IMG/VR virus record: IMGVR_UViG_3300042923_000619
Span: 1 to 64,000 of that record
Direction: 5' to 3' (one strand)
Length of the DNA: 64,000 bases
Source of the DNA: a virus
Shown here: one piece after another, positions 1 through 9,877 of the stretch
Layout of the letters: every line of letters starts with the position of its first letter
Numbering within the stretch: position 1 is the first letter of the stretch
Position numbers and translations under genes: made by a program
The notes under the pieces: generated by a model
Told to the model about the DNA's origin: nothing
What the model saw: the letters and a program-made list of their open reading frames with translations, nothing else
The model's database searches: none

Positions 1-292
1 TAAACCAGAATTATCTTATATAATTGGAAATATAGAAACACCTAAGTTTGGAGATGTAGATTTTCTAAAATATATATCAAATATATCTACAAGAAAAGAG
101 AAAATAAGAAAAATTGATTCTTTAGAACAATTAGACGTTAAAGAATTTTTAGATGATAAATATGCCGAAGAAAATTATTGTGATGAAATAAAGGTTAAAA
201 GATGGGACGATATGATGAACCCTAAAGAAGAGGATATAGAGAAATTTAAAAGAGAATATGAATGTACTTGGATAGAGAAGGAGTGTGATTGA
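1..292 (+). CDS. Hypothetical protein, 5'-truncated by the window edge
   Basis: Open frame from base 2 (KPELSYIIG...EKECD) to TGA at 290-292; not in the ORF track because it has no start codon. Confidence 0.7.
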   Translation, partial: KPELSYIIGNIETPKFGDVDFLKYISNISTRKEKIRKIDSLEQLDVKEFLDDKYAEENYCDEIKVKRWDDMMNPKEEDIEKFKREYECTWIEKECD

Positions 293-294
293 TT

Positions 295-597
295 ATGATG
301 GTAACATTAGATAATGGAGAAAATGTACTAATTCTTGAACAACAGAATATACTACCACAGATTAAAGAATACATAGATAAAGAAATATATGATTTGCTTG
401 AAGAACAATACAGTGATGTAGATAATTTAGAATTTAGAAATGAAATATTAGAGGATAAAATAGCTGACCAAGACGAAGCTTACGATTCTTTAGAACAAGA
501 TTTAAATAATGCAAATGATTATATATCTGAACTTTTAGAAACAATTAAAGAATTAAGAAAAGAAATAAGTAAATTGGAGGAAGAATTGAATGATTAA
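295..597 (+). CDS. Hypothetical coiled-coil phage protein
   Basis: ORF track 289..597; AAGGAG RBS upstream of ATG 295; acidic heptad-rich C-terminus. Confidence 0.7.
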   Translation: MMVTLDNGENVLILEQQNILPQIKEYIDKEIYDLLEEQYSDVDNLEFRNEILEDKIADQDEAYDSLEQDLNNANDYISELLETIKELRKEISKLEEELND

Positions 598-934
598 ATT
601 AGAAGAGTTAAAAATTGGAGATAAAGTATATTGTGTTTGTTCAGATGGATTTAGTTGGCATGGAGGATTAACTATACATAAAGAATTATTAATGTTAGAT
701 GCGATGCCAAACCCTTTTGAAGCAGTAATATGTGAAGGTTCTATAGAAGTATTAACAAGATCACATGAAAAGTATTTATTTAGAACGCTTGAAGAAACTG
801 AAAATAAATTAAAAGAATTGCAATTAATAACTGCTAAAGAATTATTAAATAGCAATAAATTTAAAACATCTAGCATAGAAATATATCAAAAAGAAAATCA
901 AACATTTGGATGTAGCGGAATAGAATTGCTTTAA
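590..934 (+). CDS. Hypothetical phage protein
   Basis: ORF overlapping the upstream stop; GGAGG RBS. Confidence 0.7.
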   Translation: MIKLEELKIGDKVYCVCSDGFSWHGGLTIHKELLMLDAMPNPFEAVICEGSIEVLTRSHEKYLFRTLEETENKLKELQLITAKELLNSNKFKTSSIEIYQKENQTFGCSGIELL

Positions 935-992
935 AGGAGAAATTTTAAAGGAATATTAATAAATTAATATATAGAAATAAGGAGAGATTGAA

Positions 993-1430
993 ATGGATTT
1001 TATAGAAGCAGAAGAATTTTTAAAACAAGATGAAATAGTACAAAAGGTATTTTTAGGTTGGTGGAAGCCAAGTTTTGGAGACTTAATTTCAACTAAAGTT
1101 ATATATGATGAGATAGACGTTATTATAGATACTACAGAAAATGCGATATGGGGAATGAATATTAACTTTTATGATACTGATGAAAGATATATAAGTAAAG
1201 CATTAAAGGTAATTCCACTATTTACAGAAGGACAACTAAGGAAGTTTATTGAGGATAAGATAGGATGTAAAGTAAATCTAGTTCAATCATTAAGTTTGCC
1301 AGTAGAAGTGTGGTTATTTAACAAGGATAGGACTATAAAGAGAATATCTTCTATAGATAAATTTGATGTGTTACAAACATACTGGAAAATAGCTTTAAAA
1401 GTTGCAAAGGAGGAAATTAAGAATGTTTGA
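993..1430 (+). CDS. Hypothetical phage protein
   Basis: ORF with AAGGAG RBS. Confidence 0.75.
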   Translation: MDFIEAEEFLKQDEIVQKVFLGWWKPSFGDLISTKVIYDEIDVIIDTTENAIWGMNINFYDTDERYISKALKVIPLFTEGQLRKFIEDKIGCKVNLVQSLSLPVEVWLFNKDRTIKRISSIDKFDVLQTYWKIALKVAKEEIKNV

Positions 1431-1638
1431 TTTTATTACATATTATAGTTTTTGGACTGATGATTGTCATATTTCATCTGATATGATTATAACTTTAGAA
1501 GACTACATAGATGATACAGAAATGTTAGAAGAAACATTGTTAGAGAAATTAAAGGAATATTTTGAAATTGAAGATATTGAACTAATAGATTATAAGTCTT
1601 TAGTTGATAGAGAAATCAATGTTGAAGATATAGAATAA
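1423..1638 (+). CDS. Small acidic hypothetical protein
   Basis: AAGGAGG RBS before ATG 1423 (MFDFITYY...). Confidence 0.7.
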   Translation: MFDFITYYSFWTDDCHISSDMIITLEDYIDDTEMLEETLLEKLKEYFEIEDIELIDYKSLVDREINVEDIE

Positions 1639-1678
1639 TAAATTAATATAAATAAAACAGGAGAGTGATTACATAACA

Positions 1679-2656
1679 ATGTTAAAAACAGAAAAGATAC
1701 ATATAGGATTTAAAAATAAAAACTCAAAAGGATATGAGTTTGAAGTAATAGAAAAATTAAAAGATTGGAAATGGAAAGTTAAATTTTTAAATACAGACTT
1801 TGAAACAATTGCTGACGGGAAAGAAGTTAAAAATGGGAATGTTAGAGATTGGAAAGCACCTTATGTTTGTGGAATAGGTGTAGTTGGAACAGAACTAAAA
1901 CATCCCCAAAGTCACTATTTATATGATAGATGGAGAGATATGTTACGGAGATGTTATGACCCTAAAAACAAAATGTATCCAACATATGGAGCGATAGGAT
2001 GTTTTGTTGTAGATGAATGGCATTATTTCCCCAACTTTGTTCAAGATTTAGAGAAAAAAGAAAACATAGATAAAATTAAAAATAAAGACAAAGAAGTTTG
2101 GCAATTAGATAAAGATTACATATGTAATGAAAAAGGTATAGAACCTCATTATTATTCTAACGAAACTACTTGTATTATAACAAAAGAACAGAATACAAAA
2201 GAAAGAAATGAGAGACAAGGAAATCCAGCCAAAAATAAAGTAATAAAAGTAATGCAATTCAATACAGATGGCAATTATATAAAGACGTGGAATAGTCTAG
2301 TAGAAGCAAGTATGTCATTACATGAAAATAATAGTACTAATACTAGTTGGTTGACTTCTTGTTGTCAAGGAAAGGCTTATACATATATGGGATATTGTTG
2401 GATTTATGAAAAAGATTTTATAAGTTTCGAAAAAACTAAAGAAGATATATTAAACAAAAAGAATAATTTAAGTAAAAAAGATATTAAGTATAGGAAAATA
2501 GTCCAACAATTTGATAAAGAAGGTAATTTACTTGGTGAATGGTTAACAGAAGATTTAGCAAAAGAATTAGGTGTAGGAATTAGTTGGATAAGCAATGCTA
2601 TTCGTAGTAAATATTTTTGTAAAGGCTATAAATTACAATACAAGGAGGCAATATAA
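1679..2656 (+). CDS. Free-standing putative homing endonuclease (HNH-like core with C-terminal NUMOD1-like repeats)
   Basis: YDRWRDMLRRCY...EWHYFPNF...WQLDKD core; C-terminal VMQFNTDGNYIKTWNSLVEAS and VQQFDKEGNLLGEW repeats. Confidence 0.65.
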   Translation: MLKTEKIHIGFKNKNSKGYEFEVIEKLKDWKWKVKFLNTDFETIADGKEVKNGNVRDWKAPYVCGIGVVGTELKHPQSHYLYDRWRDMLRRCYDPKNKMYPTYGAIGCFVVDEWHYFPNFVQDLEKKENIDKIKNKDKEVWQLDKDYICNEKGIEPHYYSNETTCIITKEQNTKERNERQGNPAKNKVIKVMQFNTDGNYIKTWNSLVEASMSLHENNSTNTSWLTSCCQGKAYTYMGYCWIYEKDFISFEKTKEDILNKKNNLSKKDIKYRKIVQQFDKEGNLLGEWLTEDLAKELGVGISWISNAIRSKYFCKGYKLQYKEAI

Positions 2657-2658
2657 TT

Positions 2659-4623
2659 ATGTCAGAGCAAATAATAGTATTATCAGATAAACAAAAGGCT
2701 AGAGACAAAATCAATGTATGGCATGGTTCTTCAAGTAATTGGATAAACATGGTCAAAGAACTTGTAGGAAATAGTTTAGACATATTTAATAACAATAAAT
2801 TAAATCATATTAAAATAATAATACATAACAAAAATAAGATTGAATTTATAGATGATGCAACAGGAATTCCATTAGAAGGAACTGCTTCAAATGGACAACC
2901 TAATTATGAAGCAATATTTGAAATTCCGTTTGCAGGTAGTAAATATTCAGCTACAGATACAGTTGGTTGTAATGGAATATTTCTTTTTACTTTATCAGCA
3001 ACTTGTGAAGATATTGAATATTTTATATCTAGACCAAATAATAATATTTATAATATAGCCTATCATAAAGGAGATAGAGTCAAAGAATTAAATATAATAG
3101 GAAAATCAGATGATACATATTCAAGGTTAATTTTTAGTTTAGATGAAGAAGTATGGGATAAACCTAATTTCACTTATAATGAAATTTGCAATATTGTTCA
3201 AGGGCAATCAAGTTTAGCCAATGTTGAAATTATTGTAGAAGATAAAGAAAATAATAAAGTATCAAAATTTTATTATGAAAATGGTATATTAGATTATTTC
3301 AATGAATTAACAAACAAAAAAACTATGATTACAGATAATATTAGAATAACTAAAGACATTGACTCAATTGTTGAAAAGAATAATGAAACTGACCATATGA
3401 CTATAGATTTACTTTTTAATTATTCTAATGACTCTGATGACGATATTCAAAAGGATTATTTAAATACAGCAGATTTAATTCAGCATGGAACTATTCAAGA
3501 TGGTATAATTCTAGGATTAAAGAATTCAATACATAAATGGTTAAAAAGTAATAATAAATACAATAAGAATGAAAAGAATATTTCTCTTGAAGATGTTTTT
3601 ACAGGTTTAAATTATATTTGTAATGTAAAGAGTTTTTATGCCGAATATGTTTCACAAGTAAAACAACAGACTTTAACTCCACATTATAAAACTGCATTAC
3701 AAAAATTCATTGAAGAATATATGGAAGTATTTTTTATAGAAAATCCAATACAAACGGAATTAATTTGCAATCAAGTTTTAATTAATTCAAGAGCTAGATT
3801 AAGTGCAGATAAAACAAGACAAAATATTAAAAAGAAATTAGAAGATGCAAATAAAGGTGGAAAAGTAAAAATCGATGGTTTAACTGATTGTGATATGAAA
3901 AAAAGTAAATTGGATGAAAGATTTTTACTTGTAGTAGAAGGATTATCTCCAAAAGAAACAGTAGTAGAAGCTTATGATAATAATACTATGGGGGCATTAG
4001 GTTTAAGAGGAAGATTTATTTCATGTTTAAAGAAAAGTGTTGAAGAAGTATTAAATAATGTTCCAGCTTATACATTGATTCAAGCGTTGGGTTGTGGTAT
4101 AGAAATTCCATATGAAGAAAGAAAGATGTTTAAAGATATAAAAACATTTGATAAAAGTAATTTAAGATATGGAAATATTGGAATACTTACAGATGCTGAT
4201 TGTTGGGGGTCAGGTATAAGGCTAGCATTATTAACTTTTATATATAAATACTTACCTACATTATTAAAAGAAAACAGAGTTTATATAATAATTTCACCAC
4301 GTTATGAAATTAAAATGAAAAATGGTGAAATGGTATACGTATATAATGACAGAGAAAAAGAACAATTTATGAAAACAATAAATGAAGATGATATTTATAA
4401 TATAGGAATTGTGAAAGGAATCGGAGAAATAAACAAAGATGATTTTTGGGACAAAGTTTTATGTCCAGAAGCAAGAGATAAAACATTTATAAGAGTTAAT
4501 TATGACAATATTGATGAAGTTATAAATAAATGTTTTGAAGATTATATGGGTGAGAATACTCAACCTAGAAAAGAATTTGTTAGTAAATTTATAACTAATG
4601 TAAACTTAGAAGAAATTAATTAG
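2659..4623 (+). CDS. gyrB: Type IIA topoisomerase subunit B (GyrB/ParE-like)
   Basis: GHKL motifs ELVGNSLD, DDATGIP and AGSKY; TOPRIM motifs VEGLS, ALGLRG and ILTDAD; C-terminal KGIGE. Confidence 0.85.
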   Translation: MSEQIIVLSDKQKARDKINVWHGSSSNWINMVKELVGNSLDIFNNNKLNHIKIIIHNKNKIEFIDDATGIPLEGTASNGQPNYEAIFEIPFAGSKYSATDTVGCNGIFLFTLSATCEDIEYFISRPNNNIYNIAYHKGDRVKELNIIGKSDDTYSRLIFSLDEEVWDKPNFTYNEICNIVQGQSSLANVEIIVEDKENNKVSKFYYENGILDYFNELTNKKTMITDNIRITKDIDSIVEKNNETDHMTIDLLFNYSNDSDDDIQKDYLNTADLIQHGTIQDGIILGLKNSIHKWLKSNNKYNKNEKNISLEDVFTGLNYICNVKSFYAEYVSQVKQQTLTPHYKTALQKFIEEYMEVFFIENPIQTELICNQVLINSRARLSADKTRQNIKKKLEDANKGGKVKIDGLTDCDMKKSKLDERFLLVVEGLSPKETVVEAYDNNTMGALGLRGRFISCLKKSVEEVLNNVPAYTLIQALGCGIEIPYEERKMFKDIKTFDKSNLRYGNIGILTDADCWGSGIRLALLTFIYKYLPTLLKENRVYIIISPRYEIKMKNGEMVYVYNDREKEQFMKTINEDDIYNIGIVKGIGEINKDDFWDKVLCPEARDKTFIRVNYDNIDEVINKCFEDYMGENTQPRKEFVSKFITNVNLEEIN

Positions 4624-4630
4624 GAGGCTT

Positions 4631-6691
4631 ATGATGGAAAAAGGAATAATAGAAGTATTACAAACAGAAATGTTAGATTTCACAGCACCAGTATTAATAA
4701 ATAATCTTCCTTCAATAGATGGGTTATTAGTGTCTCAAAGACAAGTAATTTGGGGCATGAAAAAAGCAGGAATGACTAGTGATAAACAATTTTATAAAAT
4801 GTTAAAGGCTAGTGGTAGAATATTTGATTATTACGTATTAGGTGATATGCCTCTTTGTGGAGTTATGAAAAACATGGGTAATAATTATATTTTACATAAA
4901 TATTTAATGCCTAAAGGTAGTTTTGGTAATAAGAATTTTAAGAAAAGCAAAGGTTCAGCACCTAGATATATAGAATGTAAATTAGACCCGTATTCAGAAT
5001 ATATGTTAGAAGGAATAAATAAAAATGCAGTAACTATGAAATGGAATTATGATGCTACTGAAAAAGAACCTATATTATTACCTTCTAAAATACCAAACAT
5101 ATTAGTAAATTTAAGAATGAGTATAGCTGTTTCTGAAGCAAATAAAATGCCTTCTCATCATTTAGAAGATGTTTGCAATAGTATTGTCTCATATATAAAA
5201 ACAAAAGATATTGATAAGTCTATAGAATTGATTAAAACTCCAGATTTACCAAGTGGAGGTTCTATTATTTATAATAAAAATGATTTTGAGAAGATTTATA
5301 AAGAGGGAAGTGGTTCTTTTACTATTATAGGTAAATATAAATATGATAAAGAAAACAATATAATAACCATATATGAGATTCCATACACAACATATTTAGA
5401 GAATATTGAGGAAGAACTGGAGTCTAAACTAGATAAATTTTCAAAAGAACTTGTAGATTATCATAATGGTTCTGATAAAGATGGTTTAAAATTTGAACTA
5501 TATTTAAAAAAAGGAGCAAATGTTAATACAGTAATTCAAAAGTTAAGAAAACTCACATCATTTGAAAGCAAATTTGCTTGTAATTTTACTATATTAGATT
5601 TAGATGGAAAAACTCCTAAGTGTATGTCTTTAGAAGATATATATACAAGATGGCTAATTCATAGAAAAACTTGTATTAAAAATGAATTAAATTTTGATAT
5701 GGATAGATATAATAAAAAATTACACCAGTTAAAAGGTTTAGAAAAAATATTAAATGGCTTAGATAAAGCGATTTCAATAATACAAAATTCTCAAACTGAT
5801 GAAGATGCTAAAAACAATATAATAACAACTTTTTCATTAGATAGAGAACAAGCAGAATTTTTCTTAACGATAAAACTTATAAACATAAACAAAGGATTTA
5901 TAAGTAATAAAATAAAAGAAATAAGTAATTTAGAATTAGAGATAAGTAATATAATAACTATGCTTTCTTCTGATGATAACATAAATAATATTATAATAGA
6001 ACAACTTGAAGAAGTTAAAAAGAAATTTAGTAAACCTAGATTAACAAATATTATTTATGATGACAAAACTGAAAAAATGTCAGACGATATGTTTATAGAA
6101 GACTTTACAACTACTTTAATCATGAGTGAAGAAGGGTACTTTAAAAAGACTCGTAAATATAGTGAAACTCAAAAGCTAAAAGATAATGATTCAATAAAAA
6201 CAATAGTTCAATGTAGCAATAAAGACAAGGTTATATTTATATCTAATTTAGGAAATGCTTATTTCTTAAACTTATGGGAGCAGAATGAAAGGACTCCATC
6301 TGCTTTAGGTGAATATCTGCCAAATCTATTACCACTAGAAAAAAATGAAACTATAATAGGTATGTTAACTACTAATCAATATAAAGGTCATGTAATCTAT
6401 GTATTTAATAACTCAAAAATAGCTAAGATACCTTTATCTAGCTTTAAGACAAAGACAAATAGAACAAGATTATCGAACTCCATCGCTCAAGATAATGGTG
6501 AAATATTATTAATAACTCAAATAACAGATGATGTTGATATTGAATTAATTGATTGCTTTGATAAAACTAAAGTAGTAAACACTAAGGATATTAATTCTAA
6601 AGCCAGTAAGGATACCGTGGGAGTTACAAGTTGGAATTGTAAGAAGCAAGGATTTAAAGTTATTTCAGCAAAAGTTCTAACTGATAAGTAA
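4631..6691 (+). CDS. gyrA: Type IIA topoisomerase subunit A (GyrA/ParC-like)
   Basis: NLPSIDGL, catalytic PRYIECKL, EPILLPSKIPNILVN, PDLPSGG and EIPY motifs; short beta-pinwheel-like C-terminus; adjacent to the B subunit. Confidence 0.85.
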   Translation: MMEKGIIEVLQTEMLDFTAPVLINNLPSIDGLLVSQRQVIWGMKKAGMTSDKQFYKMLKASGRIFDYYVLGDMPLCGVMKNMGNNYILHKYLMPKGSFGNKNFKKSKGSAPRYIECKLDPYSEYMLEGINKNAVTMKWNYDATEKEPILLPSKIPNILVNLRMSIAVSEANKMPSHHLEDVCNSIVSYIKTKDIDKSIELIKTPDLPSGGSIIYNKNDFEKIYKEGSGSFTIIGKYKYDKENNIITIYEIPYTTYLENIEEELESKLDKFSKELVDYHNGSDKDGLKFELYLKKGANVNTVIQKLRKLTSFESKFACNFTILDLDGKTPKCMSLEDIYTRWLIHRKTCIKNELNFDMDRYNKKLHQLKGLEKILNGLDKAISIIQNSQTDEDAKNNIITTFSLDREQAEFFLTIKLININKGFISNKIKEISNLELEISNIITMLSSDDNINNIIIEQLEEVKKKFSKPRLTNIIYDDKTEKMSDDMFIEDFTTTLIMSEEGYFKKTRKYSETQKLKDNDSIKTIVQCSNKDKVIFISNLGNAYFLNLWEQNERTPSALGEYLPNLLPLEKNETIIGMLTTNQYKGHVIYVFNNSKIAKIPLSSFKTKTNRTRLSNSIAQDNGEILLITQITDDVDIELIDCFDKTKVVNTKDINSKASKDTVGVTSWNCKKQGFKVISAKVLTDK

Positions 6692-6719
6692 ATAAATTAA
6701 AAGAAATACAAATAAACTA

Positions 6720-6748
6720 TTGACAATAGAATCCAATAATGCTAAGAT
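6720..6748 (+). promoter_or_regulatory. SigA-type promoter
   Basis: TTGACA-17 bp-TAAGAT with extended TG; followed at once by a hairpin (6749-6782). Confidence 0.6.
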
Positions 6749-6782
6749 AATACCAATGAGAGAAGTTCTTGTTGGTATTTTT
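6749..6782 (+). terminator. Intrinsic terminator-like hairpin
   Basis: AATACCAATGAGA / TCTTGTTGGTATT stem followed by a T-run. Confidence 0.6.
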
Positions 6783-6819
6783 AAATATAAATAACTTAAA
6801 CAAATTAATAGAAATACTA

Positions 6820-6848
6820 TTGACAAATAACTTTGGAAGTGGTAAACT
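6820..6848 (+). promoter_or_regulatory. SigA-type promoter
   Basis: TTGACA-17 bp-TAAACT with extended TG, upstream of ORF 6884. Confidence 0.65.
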
Positions 6849-6883
6849 AAGATTAACCAATAAAGGAAAGAGGTGATAAATTT

Positions 6884-7186
6884 ATGTCAGCAGATGAATT
6901 ACTACAAGTGATATGGGAGTATTGTAGAACTAATACAAAAGAAACAATAGAAACTGTAAATGAATTAATAGCACAAATTACAGACAATCCAAAACAATTG
7001 GCTTATGACTTATCAGAAAGACTTGAAGAGTGGTCATTGGAAAGAGGTTATTGTCCATTATGTGGAGAAAATATAGTTCAGCTAGGAAGAAATACTCAAT
7101 CTAGTGAATATTTTGGACAACCAGTAGAAGAAATAGAAAATATATATGGTTGTGATAATCCAAGTTGTGGATACATAAAAGAGTGA
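6884..7186 (+). CDS. Hypothetical protein with C-terminal zinc ribbon
   Basis: CPLCG...CDNPSCG; GAGGTG RBS. Confidence 0.75.
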   Translation: MSADELLQVIWEYCRTNTKETIETVNELIAQITDNPKQLAYDLSERLEEWSLERGYCPLCGENIVQLGRNTQSSEYFGQPVEEIENIYGCDNPSCGYIKE

Positions 7187-7222
7187 AATAAATTAACATA
7201 AATAAAAGGTGGTGAAATTAAT

Positions 7223-7504
7223 ATGACTAAGTATCAAAAAGTAATATACAAAACTGCTAAGTTAGTATGCAAGAATAAAGATAATAAAGAGTTAATTTCT
7301 TGTTACAAGGCTAGATTAAAATTATCTAGGCAAAACAAATTCTCATTTAAAGAGGTAGTGGAAGAATATAAAGATTGGTTAAAATGGGGAAAGTGGTGGA
7401 ATACATATAAATGGGTTTGGAATGATGAAAAATGTCATGCAGAATGGATAAACAAGACTACAGGTATGGTTGCAACACAAGAAGATTGTGATAATTTTCA
7501 ATAG
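7223..7504 (+). CDS. Hypothetical basic, Trp-rich protein
   Basis: ORF with AGGTGGTG RBS. Confidence 0.7.
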   Translation: MTKYQKVIYKTAKLVCKNKDNKELISCYKARLKLSRQNKFSFKEVVEEYKDWLKWGKWWNTYKWVWNDEKCHAEWINKTTGMVATQEDCDNFQ

Positions 7505-7573
7505 GTAAATTATGTTAAAATCGAATTTTAAAAGAACTTAATAAATTAATATAGAAAGGAGAAGAAAATAATA

Positions 7574-7774
7574 ATGAAAAAAGTTGCAATTATACCAGAA
7601 CAAGATTATGAAGAAGTTGTTAAAGACTTAAATGAAAGTGAATCAAATATTATTAAATTAATGCATTTAGATAAAAATTTAGATAATTATAATGATAGAG
7701 TAGATATTTCAATTGAAATATTATTTAAGAAAATAAGAAATATCACAAATTTACTTGTTTATAAAGATAAGTAA
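7574..7774 (+). CDS. Hypothetical protein
   Basis: ORF with AAGGAG RBS. Confidence 0.7.
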   Translation: MKKVAIIPEQDYEEVVKDLNESESNIIKLMHLDKNLDNYNDRVDISIEILFKKIRNITNLLVYKDK

Positions 7775-7934
7775 TGTCGAATTAAAACTATATAAAACAA
7801 ATATAAGATATGGTATTATTAAAATAACTACTAAATACTACATAATACGACATATAATATCATACATTCCGACAATTTAGAGTTGACATAATTAATAAAA
7901 GCCAACTAAATAAAAATATGAAGGAGTGTTAAAT

Positions 7935-8801
7935 ATGATGAATATATTTAAAAATGAAAAAGGTTTAATGGAATTAAGAGAAACTCTAGAAAAGGAAATG
8001 AATGAAAAACTACAATCAATATTAATTGAAAAAGATAATGAGATTAACAAACTAAAATTGACTAATGAGAAATTACATACTGAATTAACTAATAAAGATA
8101 AAGAATTCGAAGAATATAAAAAATCAACAGATAAAGTAGGTAAAAATATACTTACAGAAATAGAAACTATCAGTAATACTATTACAGGTCAAGCAGGTTC
8201 AGTTGAAGAAATAAGTGCAACCATTCAAGAAGTTACATCAAATATTGTTCATATTACTTCAGAAGTTAATCTTGCATATGAAAGTGCTAAAACTAATAGT
8301 GGAGTTATGGAAGTATTTCATAATGATAATATTGATATTTTCAAAAATGTAAATGGATTATATACAAAAATGAAAGATATTTCTAAAATAACAAATGTAA
8401 TTCAAAAAATTGCTGATCAGACAAATTTATTATCACTAAACGCAAGTATAGAAAGTGCAAGGGCTGGTGAAGCTGGAAAAGGCTTTGCAGTTGTTGCAAA
8501 TGAAGTTAAAAAACTTGCTGAAGAAACCAAAAACTCAAGTATAATGATTAGTAAAATTATAGAAGAATTACAAGTCATAGTTAATGTTGTTCTTGAAAAA
8601 ACTGAAATAGGTAAAGAAAATAGTCAAAAACTTAAAGAAAGTAATGTGCTAAGAATATCTCGTATAGAGGGAATAAATGATGGAATGATTTCAATAAGTG
8701 CTTGTATGGAACAAACCAGTTCAGTAGTTCAAGAACTTGCTAATAATACAGTGGAAATAGCACATGAAACTGAAAAAGCTATAGATATGATTAAGAAATA
8801 A
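7935..8801 (+). CDS. Soluble methyl-accepting chemotaxis protein (MCP signalling domain)
   Basis: Hallmark hairpin-tip sequence [40 protein letters not shown]; N-terminal coiled coil; no transmembrane segment. Confidence 0.9.
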   Translation: MMNIFKNEKGLMELRETLEKEMNEKLQSILIEKDNEINKLKLTNEKLHTELTNKDKEFEEYKKSTDKVGKNILTEIETISNTITGQAGSVEEISATIQEVTSNIVHITSEVNLAYESAKTNSGVMEVFHNDNIDIFKNVNGLYTKMKDISKITNVIQKIADQTNLLSLNASIESARAGEAGKGFAVVANEVKKLAEETKNSSIMISKIIEELQVIVNVVLEKTEIGKENSQKLKESNVLRISRIEGINDGMISISACMEQTSSVVQELANNTVEIAHETEKAIDMIKK

Positions 8802-8822
8802 ATATAAGATTGGAGTGATTGA

Positions 8823-9383
8823 ATGTTGAAGACTAAATGGTTAATGCTTACTTTAAGTGGAACATTATTATTTACAACATCTGTACAAAGTAGCATTATG
8901 CCATTCCAGCCAACAACAAGGCAACTTATTGAAAACAAAGTTGATAAAAATGGAATGGTACAATATTTAAGATTAACTAAATTTATGGAACAATATGAAA
9001 AAGATAAAAAGAGAACTGAAGAAGAAACTAAAAAGAAAAAAGAGTTGGAGGAACAAAAGAAAAATGAACCTCAATGGCAAGAATTTATATTAACCTATTA
9101 TTCAAGTTTAAATTCTGAAAATGGCTATGGAGCAATTACAAGTCAAGGTAAAAAGCTAAGTAGAGGTGGAGTTGCAAATAATGTAATACCACAAAATACT
9201 AAAATATATCTTGAAGGATATGGACAAGTAATTGTTAATGATAAAGGTTCTAATAAGCATTTTAGTGTTGATAACCGATTAGATGTATTTATAGAAAGAG
9301 AATATGGTGAGTCAGATAGAGAGTATTCAAAACGCATTGCCAAATTAGGGGTTAAAAAGGTTCGTGGTTATATAATTAAATAA
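8823..9383 (+). CDS. Secreted or membrane-anchored 3D-domain protein (peptidoglycan lytic-transglycosylase-like)
   Basis: Hydrophobic N-terminus; LTYYSS...ITSQGKKL...VANNVIPQNTKIYLEGYG...VNDKG...NRLDVFI. Confidence 0.8.
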   Translation: MLKTKWLMLTLSGTLLFTTSVQSSIMPFQPTTRQLIENKVDKNGMVQYLRLTKFMEQYEKDKKRTEEETKKKKELEEQKKNEPQWQEFILTYYSSLNSENGYGAITSQGKKLSRGGVANNVIPQNTKIYLEGYGQVIVNDKGSNKHFSVDNRLDVFIEREYGESDREYSKRIAKLGVKKVRGYIIK

Positions 9384-9396
9384 ATTAATATAAATA

Positions 9397-9425
9397 TTGA
9401 CTTTAAATATTTATTAGCATATTAT
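9397..9425 (+). promoter_or_regulatory. SigA-type promoter
   Basis: TTGACT-17 bp-TATTAT. Confidence 0.5.
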
Positions 9426-9450
9426 AGTAATTGAGGGAGGAAACAATACA

Positions 9451-9606
9451 ATGAAACAAATGAGTAAACAAAAAATACTAGGATTAACTTTAGATGTGGG
9501 GTTACTAATAAGTATATTATTTGTAAATGATGTTACATATTTAAAATTTGTTGGAATAGTAGCAATATTAGTACTAATAGGTGATACTTTATTTAATAAA
9601 ATGTAA
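9451..9606 (+). CDS. Small two-TM membrane protein (51 aa)
   Basis: Read by hand as MKQMSKQKILGLTLDVGLLISILFVNDVTYLKFVGIVAILVLIGDTLFNKM; GGGAGG RBS; below the ORF-track cutoff. Confidence 0.7.
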   Translation: MKQMSKQKILGLTLDVGLLISILFVNDVTYLKFVGIVAILVLIGDTLFNKM

Positions 9607-9622
9607 AAAGGAGGATTTAACA

Positions 9623-9817
9623 ATGTTTATATATAAAATAGAAAATATCTCAATTGGTCGTAATTTTTTTAAGATAGAAGCAAATGTTAATAATAGTGCA
9701 GTAGAATTTGATTTTTTTCAAACACCATTAGATATCATCATCAAAACATTAGACATAAATGGAATAGATTTTAATGATGAAGAAATTCAAGAACATATCA
9801 ATAATTATGAATTTTAA
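9623..9817 (+). CDS. Hypothetical protein
   Basis: AGGAGG RBS before ATG 9623. Confidence 0.7.
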   Translation: MFIYKIENISIGRNFFKIEANVNNSAVEFDFFQTPLDIIIKTLDINGIDFNDEEIQEHINNYEF

Positions 9818-9877
9818 AGTAAAAGAATAGATTTTAAAGGAATGTTAATAAATTAATATAATATAAAGAGGTGTATT

